Below the pieces are notes generated by a model that was given only the letters and a program-made list of their open reading frames with translations, ran no database searches and was not told the DNA's origin. Below, one piece after another: positions 37,754 to 46,967 of a stretch of 63,311 bases of DNA. Positions within the stretch are counted from its first letter, which is position 1; each line of letters starts with the position of its first letter. Source of the stretch: Candidatus Eiseniibacteriota bacterium (GTDB lineage: Bacteria > Arandabacterota > Arandabacteria > Arandabacterales > Arandabacteraceae); contig JBDRNT010000012.1 in assembly GCA_043810925.1 (NCBI GenBank), positions 1 through 63,311 on the forward strand, given 5' to 3'. The translations under genes and the position numbers were made by a program.

Positions 37754-38440
37754 GTGAAGCGAACCATACCTCTTTTGATCACCTTCATCGTGGGACTCGC
37801 TCTGATCCTGGCGATTTTCATACCTCATGATCCCTTTCACGGCCTCGACAGCAATTTCTCGATCTTCTATGACGTGATAGCCGTCTTTGCGTTCATCCTG
37901 GGGGGTGGCAACCTTCTCAAGGTTCATCTGAGGAAGATCCAGGGCAAACGCAGGGATTGGAAATACAGCATCGTGACGGTCTCTGGTTTCGCTCTGATGC
38001 TCGGGGCCGGCCTCCTCAAGGTCGGTGTCGATGGAGGTTGGACCGGAGACTACCAGGGGGCAGGGGGTCTGTTTAATTATCTCTACGACGCGGCGTTCCA
38101 GCCTCTCCAGGCAACGATGTTTTCATTGCTTGCTTTCTTTGTTGCGTCCGCTTCTTACAGGGCTTTCAGAGCTAAGACCAGAGAGGCGACCATTCTGCTC
38201 GTGGCGGCATTCATCATTCTCATCCGGCCGACTCCGCTTGGGTACTACCTGACCTTCTGGTTGCCCAAACCGCTCCAGTTTCTGCATATCCCCAATCTGA
38301 GCACCTGGATTCTTTCGGTTCCCAATATGGCAGGCCAGCGGGCAATAATGATCGGAATAGCACTCGGTATTGTGTCCACATCATTGAGGCTGATACTCGG
38401 TATAGAGAGATCGTATCTCGGCAGCGAGGGCAAGGGCTAA
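37754..38440 (+). CDS. Conserved hypothetical membrane protein (DUF6754 operon, gene 2)
   Basis: PLQATMFSLLAFFVASASYRAFRA, W...PN.AGQRAIMIG. Confidence 0.85.
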   Translation: MKRTIPLLITFIVGLALILAIFIPHDPFHGLDSNFSIFYDVIAVFAFILGGGNLLKVHLRKIQGKRRDWKYSIVTVSGFALMLGAGLLKVGVDGGWTGDYQGAGGLFNYLYDAAFQPLQATMFSLLAFFVASASYRAFRAKTREATILLVAAFIILIRPTPLGYYLTFWLPKPLQFLHIPNLSTWILSVPNMAGQRAIMIGIALGIVSTSLRLILGIERSYLGSEGKG

Positions 38441-38445
38441 GGCAA

Positions 38446-39324
38446 ATGGCAGAGGAAAGTAAGAACCTGACATTCTTCGAGAAACTGGGAGCCCTGGACA
38501 GAAGATGGATCTTCCTCCTGATCGCGCTTGCCGTGATCATCCCCTTGATTGTGCGTTACACAACCTCGATACCGACCAGTCCCCTGGTCCAGCGACTGTT
38601 CGATAAGATCGAGGACCTCCCGCCGGGGTCGAAGATCCTGATGAGTTTCGATTACGGACCCAGCACCGCGCCGGAGAATCAGCCGATGGCAGATGCCTTC
38701 ACCCGGCATGCGTTTGAAAAGGGGCATAGGGTCTATCTTATGGCGCTCTGGCCTACAGGTGCGCGTCAGTCGCTGCAACTGATCGATGATCTGATAAATG
38801 TGGAGTTTCCCGAGAAGGCTTATGGAACGGACTATGTTCATCTGGGGTACAAGGCAGGTAACCAGGGACTCATTAACACGCTGCTGTCGAACTTCACAGC
38901 GATGTACACTACTGATATCGCGGGCACGGCCGTGGCTGAGATCCCGATGATGAAAGGTATCAGAACTCTGCGGGATTTCGATCTCATCCTCGGACTCGGC
39001 TCGGGTTTCCCCGGTACCAAGGAGTGGGTCCAGTTTGCAGGGGATCCCGGAGATATCCCGGTAGGTGGTGGGACCACAGCGGTGATGGCCCCCCTGCTCT
39101 ATCCCTACTATCCCAAACAGATGGTCGGGTTCCTCGGAGGGCTTCAGGGTGCGGCCGAATACGAATACGCGCTGATGAAGACATATCCGGAATACGAACA
39201 GAAATCCAGACTGGCAAGTACATCCATGGGGCCTCAGGTCACCGCGCATCTTGTGATTGTGGCCTTTATAATAGTAGGAAACATAACGTTCCTGGTCGAC
39301 CGTCGCCGACGGAAGAAATACTAG
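38446..39324 (+). CDS. Conserved hypothetical membrane-anchored protein (DUF6754 operon, gene 3)
   Basis: DRRWIFL, FDYGPSTAPE, YGTDYVHLGYKAG, GFLGGLQGAAEYE, AHL...GNI. Confidence 0.85.
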   Translation: MAEESKNLTFFEKLGALDRRWIFLLIALAVIIPLIVRYTTSIPTSPLVQRLFDKIEDLPPGSKILMSFDYGPSTAPENQPMADAFTRHAFEKGHRVYLMALWPTGARQSLQLIDDLINVEFPEKAYGTDYVHLGYKAGNQGLINTLLSNFTAMYTTDIAGTAVAEIPMMKGIRTLRDFDLILGLGSGFPGTKEWVQFAGDPGDIPVGGGTTAVMAPLLYPYYPKQMVGFLGGLQGAAEYEYALMKTYPEYEQKSRLASTSMGPQVTAHLVIVAFIIVGNITFLVDRRRRKKY

Positions 39325-39335
39325 GAGGAAGCCGA

Positions 39336-40043
39336 TTGGAGGGACAGGCGATTCTTTCAACACCGCTGGCTAATACAATAGGTGTGTGGATTGGTGCGTT
39401 CCTCACGCTGATGATCTTCAGCTTCCTCTATAAGGACAATCCCTTCTACAAGTTTGCAGAGCATCTCTTCGTAGGGGTTTCAGCCGCCTACTGGATGACG
39501 GTTGCCTTCTGGACAACCTTGATTCCCAACTTGTTCGCAAGGCTCTGGCCGTCGCATATGGGAGGCGTGCTGCCTTCAGCGGTGGGGAATGAACGGGAGT
39601 GGCAGTATGTGATACCGCTGGTGCTCGGCCTGATTCTTCTCACCCGATTGGTCTCACGCATCGCGTGGCTCTCGCGGTGGGCCATGGCTTTCGTAATAGG
39701 TTTCGCTGCAGGCACGAATTTCACGCGCTATCTTCAGTCTGACTTTGTAAGCCAGGTCCAGAGCACGATGGTTCCGCTTTATGAACCGGGAGGTGGTGTA
39801 GGGGCTGCGATTGGCGGCATATTCTCGCAGCTGGTCGTGGTCGGCGGTGTTATCTGCGCAATCATATACTTCTACTTCTCCAAGGAACACAAAGGCGGAT
39901 TCGGCAAAGCGGCGAGGGTCGGCATATGGGTGTTGATGGCCGCCTTCGGTGCTTCCTTCGGCTACACGGTGATGGCGCGAATCTCGCTCTTGACCGGCCG
40001 GATGGACTACCTAATCCGCTGGGTCTCCGGCGCCAACTGGTAA
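39336..40043 (+). CDS. Conserved hypothetical membrane protein (DUF6754 operon, gene 4)
   Basis: Start at TTG 39336 after AGGAGG; SFLYKDNPFYKFAEHLFVGVSAAY, YFYFS, FGASFGYTVMARISLL.GR. Confidence 0.85.
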   Translation: MEGQAILSTPLANTIGVWIGAFLTLMIFSFLYKDNPFYKFAEHLFVGVSAAYWMTVAFWTTLIPNLFARLWPSHMGGVLPSAVGNEREWQYVIPLVLGLILLTRLVSRIAWLSRWAMAFVIGFAAGTNFTRYLQSDFVSQVQSTMVPLYEPGGGVGAAIGGIFSQLVVVGGVICAIIYFYFSKEHKGGFGKAARVGIWVLMAAFGASFGYTVMARISLLTGRMDYLIRWVSGANW

Positions 40044-40162
40044 CCCCATCCCCATGGGCTCTTGGGGTCAGGTCGTGAAATCAAGCGTCTGGTTTCTGTG
40101 CCCGTCGGTCTTTCACCCTGCGGTGCCGGAGCCGGAAAACTGCACAGCGAGGTAACCGGAAC

Positions 40163-41383
40163 GTGGCCAGCCGTGCGACGATAGTAGTGGGTGACAGCAG
40201 GTCGATGAAGGAGCTCGGTGATGAGAGCATAGACCTCGTCGTGACATCCCCTCCCTACTGGCATATCAAGGATTACGGTGCTCCGGATCAGATAGGCTAC
40301 GGCCAGAGTCTTCATGAATACCTGATAGACCTGTACCGCGTGTGGATGGAATGCTTCAGGGTGCTGGGAGCCGGGGCGCGGTTGTGCATCAACATCGGCG
40401 ACCAGTTCGCAAGAGCGGCCGAGTACGGCAGATATAAGGTGATTCCACTGCATGCGGAGATAATAGCCCAGTGTGAAAGCATGGGTTTCGACTTCATGGG
40501 ATCGATCATCTGGCAGAAGAAGACCACAATGAATACGTCCGGCGGGGCGACCGTAATGGGGTCTTTCCCGTATCCACCGAATGGTATCGTGGAGATTGAC
40601 TACGAGTACATTCACATAATGAAAAAGATGGGCCCCTCCCGGCGCGTATCGAAGGAGACCAAAGAGGCTTCGAAACTGACCAAGGAAGAGTGGAAGGAGT
40701 ACTTCAAGGGCCACTGGCATTTCGGGGGTGCGAGGAAGGGCAAACATGAGGCAATGTTCCCTGATGAGCTGCCCGGGAGATTGATCAAGATGTTCTCATT
40801 TGTGGGAGACACGGTGCTTGATCCGTTTGCCGGCAGCGGGACCACGGTCAGGGTGGGTCTTGAGTTGGACCGGAACGTATTCGCTTATGAGATAAGTCGA
40901 GAGTTCATTGAAACTCTTGAGAGCGAGCATGGTACCCGGAGTCCTGTGGAGGTAGTCAGCAGAAAATCCCCGGTCTCCCTTCCTGAGATAACCTATGTTC
41001 CCCGGATTCAGAACATCGAGCAGAAGAAGACCGGTTCGGGCACCAGGAGGAAAGAGGATCTCTACAAGGTTACAAAGATAACGGATGCGCATACACTTGA
41101 ATTGGATGGCGGTATGAAGGTCGGGTTCCTCGGGGTTGTAATTGCGGACGATGCCGCCGCGCTGGACTATCTTCACGGGTACGTCCTCGGCAAGGAAGTG
41201 TTCCTTAGATTCGATGATGAGGTGGAGCCGCGTGACGGGAATACGCGGGCTTATGTCTATCTTAAGAACAAGATCTTCATAAATGCCCATCTTATCAAGT
41301 CGGGATTAGGCACTCCGGATCCTTCCACCGGACACAGACTTGCCGGAAGGTTCAAGTCGCTCGGGGCGGGGGCACGGTGCTGA
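40163..41383 (+). CDS. Site-specific DNA methyltransferase (beta-class N4/N6) fused to degenerate thermonuclease (SNase-like) domain
   Basis: VTSPPY, IIWQK, HEAMFP..L, VLDPFAGSGTT; C-terminal VTKITDAHTLELDGG...AYVYLKNKIFINAHLIKSGL. Confidence 0.88.
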   Translation: MASRATIVVGDSRSMKELGDESIDLVVTSPPYWHIKDYGAPDQIGYGQSLHEYLIDLYRVWMECFRVLGAGARLCINIGDQFARAAEYGRYKVIPLHAEIIAQCESMGFDFMGSIIWQKKTTMNTSGGATVMGSFPYPPNGIVEIDYEYIHIMKKMGPSRRVSKETKEASKLTKEEWKEYFKGHWHFGGARKGKHEAMFPDELPGRLIKMFSFVGDTVLDPFAGSGTTVRVGLELDRNVFAYEISREFIETLESEHGTRSPVEVVSRKSPVSLPEITYVPRIQNIEQKKTGSGTRRKEDLYKVTKITDAHTLELDGGMKVGFLGVVIADDAAALDYLHGYVLGKEVFLRFDDEVEPRDGNTRAYVYLKNKIFINAHLIKSGLGTPDPSTGHRLAGRFKSLGAGARC

Positions 41384-41455
41384 ACCGGTTGTTGCGCTGG
41401 GGTATGGAATCAGCGAACTTAGAAGATAAGAAGGTATGACAAGCCGAACGGAGAT

Positions 41456-42358
41456 GTGATGATGTGTGAGTTTTGCCGTGCGATGACCTCAGACGGACTT
41501 GAGCTCCAGGGTCTCCTCTTCCGCCCGGAGAGCGGAACCAGTACGAGGAGTGTCATCCATGTGCATGGTCTGGCCGGCAACTTCTACGAAAACAGGTTCA
41601 TCGACAATGCCGCAGCCGCGGTTGCCGGCAACGGAGTCAACTTTCTTACGGTGAATACCCGGGGACGGGATTACCTCTCGGACTTCATCCATGAGAAAAC
41701 CGACGGGACGACGGGATACAAGCAGATCGGTGGGATACACGAGATATTCGAAGAAAGCGCGCTGGACATCCGGGCATGGGTCGAATTCCTGGTTTCGCGG
41801 GGAACGGAGACAATCGTTCTTCAGGGTCACAGCCACGGAGCCCTAAAAGTCACATACTACAACCACAAGACCCGGGATTCCAGAGTCGGAGGGCTGATCC
41901 TGCTCTCTCCATCGGATGACTTTGCGGGTCAACGGTCACGGATAGGCGAGCGATTCGACGAGGCGCTCGATGTGGCGGGAAGGATGATCGCCGACGGCAA
42001 GGGTTCTGTTCTTATGCCTGATGAGTACTTCCATTACCCTGTCTCCGCAGCGACGTATGTGGACATATTCGCACAGGGTTCGCACCTGGGTATGTTTAAC
42101 ATCTCAGGAACAGATAGAGATGACTATGCCGAGCTGGCAAGCATCGGGGTACCGGTGCTTACGATAGTCGGAACCGTGGAGGAAGCATTTGTGGGGGAAC
42201 CTCAGGACTACCTGAATGGAATCGGCGGTTTGTGTAAGAATGCTCCGAGCTTCGAGGATCACGTTATCGAGGGCGCCCCGCACAACTATCTGCATTTCGA
42301 GACACAGGTCGCTGAACGGATTGGGCAATGGGTTGCCGCCAACTTCGGTCAGGACTAG
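41456..42358 (+). CDS. Alpha/beta hydrolase (DUF1749-like)
   Basis: HVHGLAGNFY, nucleophile elbow GHSHG, GAPHNY. Confidence 0.85.
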   Translation: MMMCEFCRAMTSDGLELQGLLFRPESGTSTRSVIHVHGLAGNFYENRFIDNAAAAVAGNGVNFLTVNTRGRDYLSDFIHEKTDGTTGYKQIGGIHEIFEESALDIRAWVEFLVSRGTETIVLQGHSHGALKVTYYNHKTRDSRVGGLILLSPSDDFAGQRSRIGERFDEALDVAGRMIADGKGSVLMPDEYFHYPVSAATYVDIFAQGSHLGMFNISGTDRDDYAELASIGVPVLTIVGTVEEAFVGEPQDYLNGIGGLCKNAPSFEDHVIEGAPHNYLHFETQVAERIGQWVAANFGQD

Positions 42359-42394
42359 CCTCAGTGGATCGGCCACCGGAGGTACTTTGACGTA

Positions 42395-43213
42395 ATGGAT
42401 GACATTTTCGGGATCCTGAGAGATCAGGCGCTCAAGAAGACAAAGGGTTTTAAGGACGAAGACTTCATTATCCGCGGTCTCTGGAAAGTCGACCTGGCGT
42501 TCAAACCGAACGTCGATGAACGGACCTTCCGGTACTGGTTCCTGGTCAGCCAGACCATCGGGCAGGGCTCGTGCTATTGTGACAAGGAACTGGAGATCGA
42601 TCAGAGTCTTATCGGCCGTGACGCGCGGGAGATCATAGCCGAGCAGGACTGCTATAGCATCTCAGTCCTCGACTCGATCTATGCATCGATACCCAGGCAC
42701 CCGGAGCGCGTCTTCGAGATAACGGGGAACTCCATTGAAAAGGCCGTCAAGAGAAACGCGATTCTCCTGGATGAGGTTGAGCGCACACTGGCGATGTCGG
42801 GTGTCCAGCCCGGACAGGGAAGGGTCCTCAACGTCGGGGTGTTGGGAAACCTCATCAAGCTACTTACCGACAAGGGGCATACCGTCATTGCCACAGATCT
42901 CGACGAGGAGATTGTGGATAAGCCGATTCATGGGGTCACGGTCGAGCACGGAAGCAAGACATTTAACCTGATAAAGGACGCCGACGTTGCTGTGATCACG
43001 GGGATGACGCTTACGACGCATGCTGCGGGGGACATCGTCGATGTGTGTAAGGAATACGGCACCAAAGTCGTTATGTTCGCGGAAACCGGTGCGTATTTCG
43101 GTGAGGAGTACTGCCAGACCATCGGCATAGACGCCGTGGTCTCCGAACCGTTTCCGTTCTATATATTCCAGGGTACGAGCAGGATCGAGATTTACAGGAG
43201 ACACGACGATTGA
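42395..43213 (+). CDS. DUF364-like Rossmann-fold protein
   Basis: GQGSCY, VLNVG, ADVAVITGMTL; weak family assignment. Confidence 0.65.
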   Translation: MDDIFGILRDQALKKTKGFKDEDFIIRGLWKVDLAFKPNVDERTFRYWFLVSQTIGQGSCYCDKELEIDQSLIGRDAREIIAEQDCYSISVLDSIYASIPRHPERVFEITGNSIEKAVKRNAILLDEVERTLAMSGVQPGQGRVLNVGVLGNLIKLLTDKGHTVIATDLDEEIVDKPIHGVTVEHGSKTFNLIKDADVAVITGMTLTTHAAGDIVDVCKEYGTKVVMFAETGAYFGEEYCQTIGIDAVVSEPFPFYIFQGTSRIEIYRRHDD

Positions 43214-44466
43214 TCGAAGATTGCTTTGTGAAAAACGGCGCCTTCGAGGTCGATGGTGTCGGTCTGGAAACGATACTCGGAGAGCATCCCACCCCATTCT
43301 ACGTTTACTCGGCGAGTGCGATCAGGGACAGGTACAAGAAGCTGAGTGAATACTTCCCGGGCTTCGATATCTTCTATTCGTTCAAAGCAAATCCCAATCT
43401 GTCGCTCTGCCGGGATCTGCTTGCCCTGGGGGCCAACGCCGACGTCAGCTCGATGGGGGAGCTCAAGGCAGCCCTCAAGGTCGGCTTCACGGCGCGTAAC
43501 ATCGCCTTTGTCGGCCCGGGAAAAACTGAACGCGAGATCGAATACGCCGTCGAAGAAGGTATCTATGCGATAGCGGCTGAGTCGCAGTACGAGCTCAGCC
43601 TCATTGACACCGTAGCTGCGAGGCTCGACAAACCGGTGGACGTCCTCTTGAGAATCAACACCCTGGAGGAACCCATTGCGCCGGAGATGATGGTGGGGGG
43701 GCCGGGCAAGTTCGGGTTCGATGAAGAGACGGTTGTGGATGAGGTCAGATGTGTGAAGCTCAAGAAGGCAAGGGTCACGGGGGTCCATGTTTACTCCGCC
43801 AGCCAGGTTCTGGATTCCGGGTTCCTCCGAACCCATCTTGAGTATGTCAGCGGGTTGGCGTTGAGGATGGCTGATGAGATCGGGTTTGAGCTCAAATGCA
43901 TCGATTTCGGTGGTGGATTCGGTGTGCCCTACCAGGAAGACGACGCCGAGATTGATCTCAAGCCGGTGTCGGATGCGGCGCGCCGGGTCAGGCGGACCAT
44001 CGAGCGGCGCAGTCCCGGGTGCCGCCTGATATTCGAGGTCGGACGCTTTCTTGTTGCAGAGGCGGGTGTTTTTGTGACCACGGCGATTCGCGTGAAGAAC
44101 TCGCGCGGCAAACATTTCCTGATCACCGACGGCGGGATGAACCACTTCACAAGACCCGTGTTCATCAGGATCAACCATCCGGTGAGGTTGCTCAATAAGA
44201 TCACCTCGAAGCGTGTTACAGAGTGCAACATCGGCGGTCCGATCTGCACCCCTCTTGATATCATAGGCAGGAACGTCATGCTCCCGCAGCCGGAGCGGGG
44301 TGACATCGTGGGCATCTTCTGTGCGGGAGCATATGGGTACACCATGAGCATGATCAACTTCATGAGTCTTGGGTGGCCTGCGGAGCTTCTCGTCGATGAC
44401 GGCGAAGTGCGCGTGATCCGCAGAGCCAGACCCGCAGACACCATCTTCCCCGATCAACCTCTCTAA
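43210..44466 (+). CDS. Type III PLP-dependent decarboxylase (diaminopimelate decarboxylase-like)
   Basis: TPFYVY, YSFKANP, GPGK, KFG, IDFGGGFG, EVGRFLV, DGGMNH, GPICTPLD, GAYG. Confidence 0.88.
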   Translation: MIEDCFVKNGAFEVDGVGLETILGEHPTPFYVYSASAIRDRYKKLSEYFPGFDIFYSFKANPNLSLCRDLLALGANADVSSMGELKAALKVGFTARNIAFVGPGKTEREIEYAVEEGIYAIAAESQYELSLIDTVAARLDKPVDVLLRINTLEEPIAPEMMVGGPGKFGFDEETVVDEVRCVKLKKARVTGVHVYSASQVLDSGFLRTHLEYVSGLALRMADEIGFELKCIDFGGGFGVPYQEDDAEIDLKPVSDAARRVRRTIERRSPGCRLIFEVGRFLVAEAGVFVTTAIRVKNSRGKHFLITDGGMNHFTRPVFIRINHPVRLLNKITSKRVTECNIGGPICTPLDIIGRNVMLPQPERGDIVGIFCAGAYGYTMSMINFMSLGWPAELLVDDGEVRVIRRARPADTIFPDQPL

Positions 44467-44548
44467 TGGGTTGAAAAACGCCGCCCCGGCTGATATGGTA
44501 AGATTATCGGATCTTCGCCAACAACACAATCGGCAGAGGAGGGTAGAG

Positions 44549-45466
44549 ATGTCGAAGTATGCATACTTCAAGGGAGAGATTGTCCCTATTGAAGAGGCCA
44601 AGATCAGCATAATGACCCATGCCTTCAACTACGGAACCGGAGTCTTCGAGGGGATTAGGGGCTACTGGAACGAGAAGGACGAGCAGCTTCACATCTTCAG
44701 GCTGGCCGAGCACTATGAGCGGTTCCATCAGTCATGTCGGATAGTAAAGATAGGACTTCCCCACTCGGTCGAGGAGTTGTGCGATACGACCTGCGAGCTC
44801 ATGCGGAAGAACGGTTTCAAAGAGGACACCTATATCAGGCCGCTGGCATACAAGGCGACCGAGGGCATCGGAGTCAGACTTCACAATCTGGAAGATGGTT
44901 TCTGTATTTTCGCGCTTCCTTTCGGCAGGTACATCCAGAAGGAGGACGGTGCCCGGGTTGCTGTGTCGTCATGGAGGAGGATCGAGGATAACGCTGCTCC
45001 TGCGCGGGCCAAGGTGACGGGCATCTACATAAACTCGGCCCTCTCCAAGACTGAGGTAATGGAGAGCGGCTTCGACGAGGCGATTGTCCTTACGCACGAC
45101 GGCCACGTGTCGGAGGGCAGCGCGGAGAACATCTTCCTGGTAAGGAACGGTCAACTCATCACTCCCGCGGTTACTGAGAACATCCTTGAGGGAATAACCC
45201 GGGAAACGATGATGCAGCTTGCCAAAGATGAGCTCGGGATCGATACCGTGGAGAGGCAGATTGACCGGAGCGAGTTATACGTTGCCGATGAGATCTTCTT
45301 CTGTGGTACCGGTGTACAGGTTGCGGCGGTGATCGAGGTCGACAGAAGGCCTGTAGGAAACGGGAAGATAGGCCCCATCGCCGAGAAGCTCAGAAGTCTC
45401 TACTACGATATTGTCAGAGGCAGAGTGGAAAAGTACAAGCACTGGTGTACCCCCGTGTATAAATGA
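44549..45466 (+). CDS. ilvE: Branched-chain amino acid aminotransferase
   Basis: YGTGVFEGIRGY, YIRP, AKVTGIY, SEGSAENIF, ILEGITR, ADEIFFCGT; ATG 44549 after GGAGG. Confidence 0.93.
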   Translation: MSKYAYFKGEIVPIEEAKISIMTHAFNYGTGVFEGIRGYWNEKDEQLHIFRLAEHYERFHQSCRIVKIGLPHSVEELCDTTCELMRKNGFKEDTYIRPLAYKATEGIGVRLHNLEDGFCIFALPFGRYIQKEDGARVAVSSWRRIEDNAAPARAKVTGIYINSALSKTEVMESGFDEAIVLTHDGHVSEGSAENIFLVRNGQLITPAVTENILEGITRETMMQLAKDELGIDTVERQIDRSELYVADEIFFCGTGVQVAAVIEVDRRPVGNGKIGPIAEKLRSLYYDIVRGRVEKYKHWCTPVYK

Positions 45467-45470
45467 GCTC

Positions 45471-45528
45471 GTAGCGTCCGGGTTCCGTACCCGACGAATA
45501 GACCGCCGGGGTGGAGCCCCGATGCTAC
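45471..45528. repeat. GTAG REP-like doublet between convergent genes
   Basis: GTAGCGTC...GATGCTAC terminal IR with internal hairpins. Confidence 0.6.
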
Positions 45529-45542
45529 ACTGCACTCTCACC

Positions 45543-46967
45543 TCAGCCAAACAGTGTACGGAGGATTGTCTCTTCGCTGTGGGGGCTGGTGTCGTCGGAT
45601 ATGATTGTCACATCGCAGGTGGGCAGAATCTCTGCCAGGTGCTCGTAAGTAGTGATAAGCACGGTGCGCCGGGCTGATTCGATCAGACCTCGCACCACTT
45701 CAAACGGTACCCTCGGATGAAAGGGCTCCATGAACCAGAGAATCAGTGTGCTGCCCGTAGCATCCGTAACAGCTTCGCCTTCGGCTAGGGATGGGATGTG
45801 TTTCCTGATCTTCTCGGTGACGGTCTCCGAGGTGCTAACGATCACTGCGCGGTCATATGACAAGGGAAGAACACCACCGGCGTCTCTGACCGTCACGGAT
45901 TTCGCCCGTACCTTCGCGAGGAGATCAAGATATTCGTCTTCCTGGTAAGCACTCCTCTTGCTTCGTGCGAAATCCAAACGATCTATAAGATACTCCCGGC
46001 GCTTGACGGATCTTGCCAGACGTTCGCTTCTCATCCGATCCATGAAAACGGCCTCGAGTATCGCTTCGAAGGATCGCTCGAATCTATCCGAGTACTCGGT
46101 ATAGAGCAATATATCGTTTCCGGCTTCAAGCGCGAGCATGCCGACCCGGTGAGGATCGATCTTGGCTGTAACGGCTCGCATATCGAGGGAATCCGTGATC
46201 ACCAATCCATCATACCTAAGCTTCTTCCTGAGGATATCACCAACCACCTGTTTGGACAGCGAGGCCGGGCGGTCGTCATTCTGAAGAGACAGGTAGAGGC
46301 AATGGTTGACCATGATTCCGTCTGCACCGGACCTGACTGCTTCCCTGAACGGATTGATGTGGATGTAGTCAAGTCGCTCGCGTGGGAGCTCAACCGTCGG
46401 CCGGTCAAGATGAGAATCAAGCCGTGTCATCCCGTGACCCGGGAAGTGTTTGACGATACAGGCCGTATGTGCCCGGGACGAACGGATGGCAGCTCTTGTG
46501 TACATCGAGACATCTTCGGGCATTGATCCGTACGATCTGGTTCCTATTACAGGATTCAAGGGCTCGGTACCCACATCCACACATGGAAACAGGTTGATGT
46601 CGATACCGAGATCGGCCACATAAGCCGCCATGTGCCCGTACAGCCTACCCGCTTCCTCAGGTTTGAGCGTTCGGGAGACGGCCCTGGCGCTGGGTGCAGA
46701 CTCGAAAAACCTGGATATCTGGGTCACCCTGCCTCCCTCTTCATCCATCATGAAGAGGGGCTCGATGCCCTTTGCCCGTAGAGACAACCTGGCCTCTGCA
46801 AGCCTTCTCTGGGAAGCCTCAAATGACGTTTCCAGGTTATCGCGAAAGACGATGTAATTTGCAACTGGAAAGCGGTCCAGCTGCAACTCGTTCAGCGAGG
46901 CCGGGAGTCTCAGGGTGAAGAGCTTGCCGAGGATGTGCCTGACTTCGGTCTCTTTGTCCATCGTCAA
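45543..46967 (-). CDS. nagZ: Glycoside hydrolase family 3 beta-N-acetylhexosaminidase
   Basis: DEEGGRV, IGTRSY, KHFPGHGMTRLDSH, ITDSLDM. Confidence 0.88.
   Translation of the reverse strand: MTMDKETEVRHILGKLFTLRLPASLNELQLDRFPVANYIVFRDNLETSFEASQRRLAEARLSLRAKGIEPLFMMDEEGGRVTQISRFFESAPSARAVSRTLKPEEAGRLYGHMAAYVADLGIDINLFPCVDVGTEPLNPVIGTRSYGSMPEDVSMYTRAAIRSSRAHTACIVKHFPGHGMTRLDSHLDRPTVELPRERLDYIHINPFREAVRSGADGIMVNHCLYLSLQNDDRPASLSKQVVGDILRKKLRYDGLVITDSLDMRAVTAKIDPHRVGMLALEAGNDILLYTEYSDRFERSFEAILEAVFMDRMRSERLARSVKRREYLIDRLDFARSKRSAYQEDEYLDLLAKVRAKSVTVRDAGGVLPLSYDRAVIVSTSETVTEKIRKHIPSLAEGEAVTDATGSTLILWFMEPFHPRVPFEVVRGLIESARRTVLITTYEHLAEILPTCDVTIISDDTSPHSEETILRTLFG

Noticed and set aside
36707-37927. 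Long antisense ORFs (36707-37927, 43192-44628, 38437-39363, 31849-32856, 61772-62809, 753-1526)
   Set aside because: Shadow ORFs opposite well-supported genes; no recognisable motifs; expected at this GC content.
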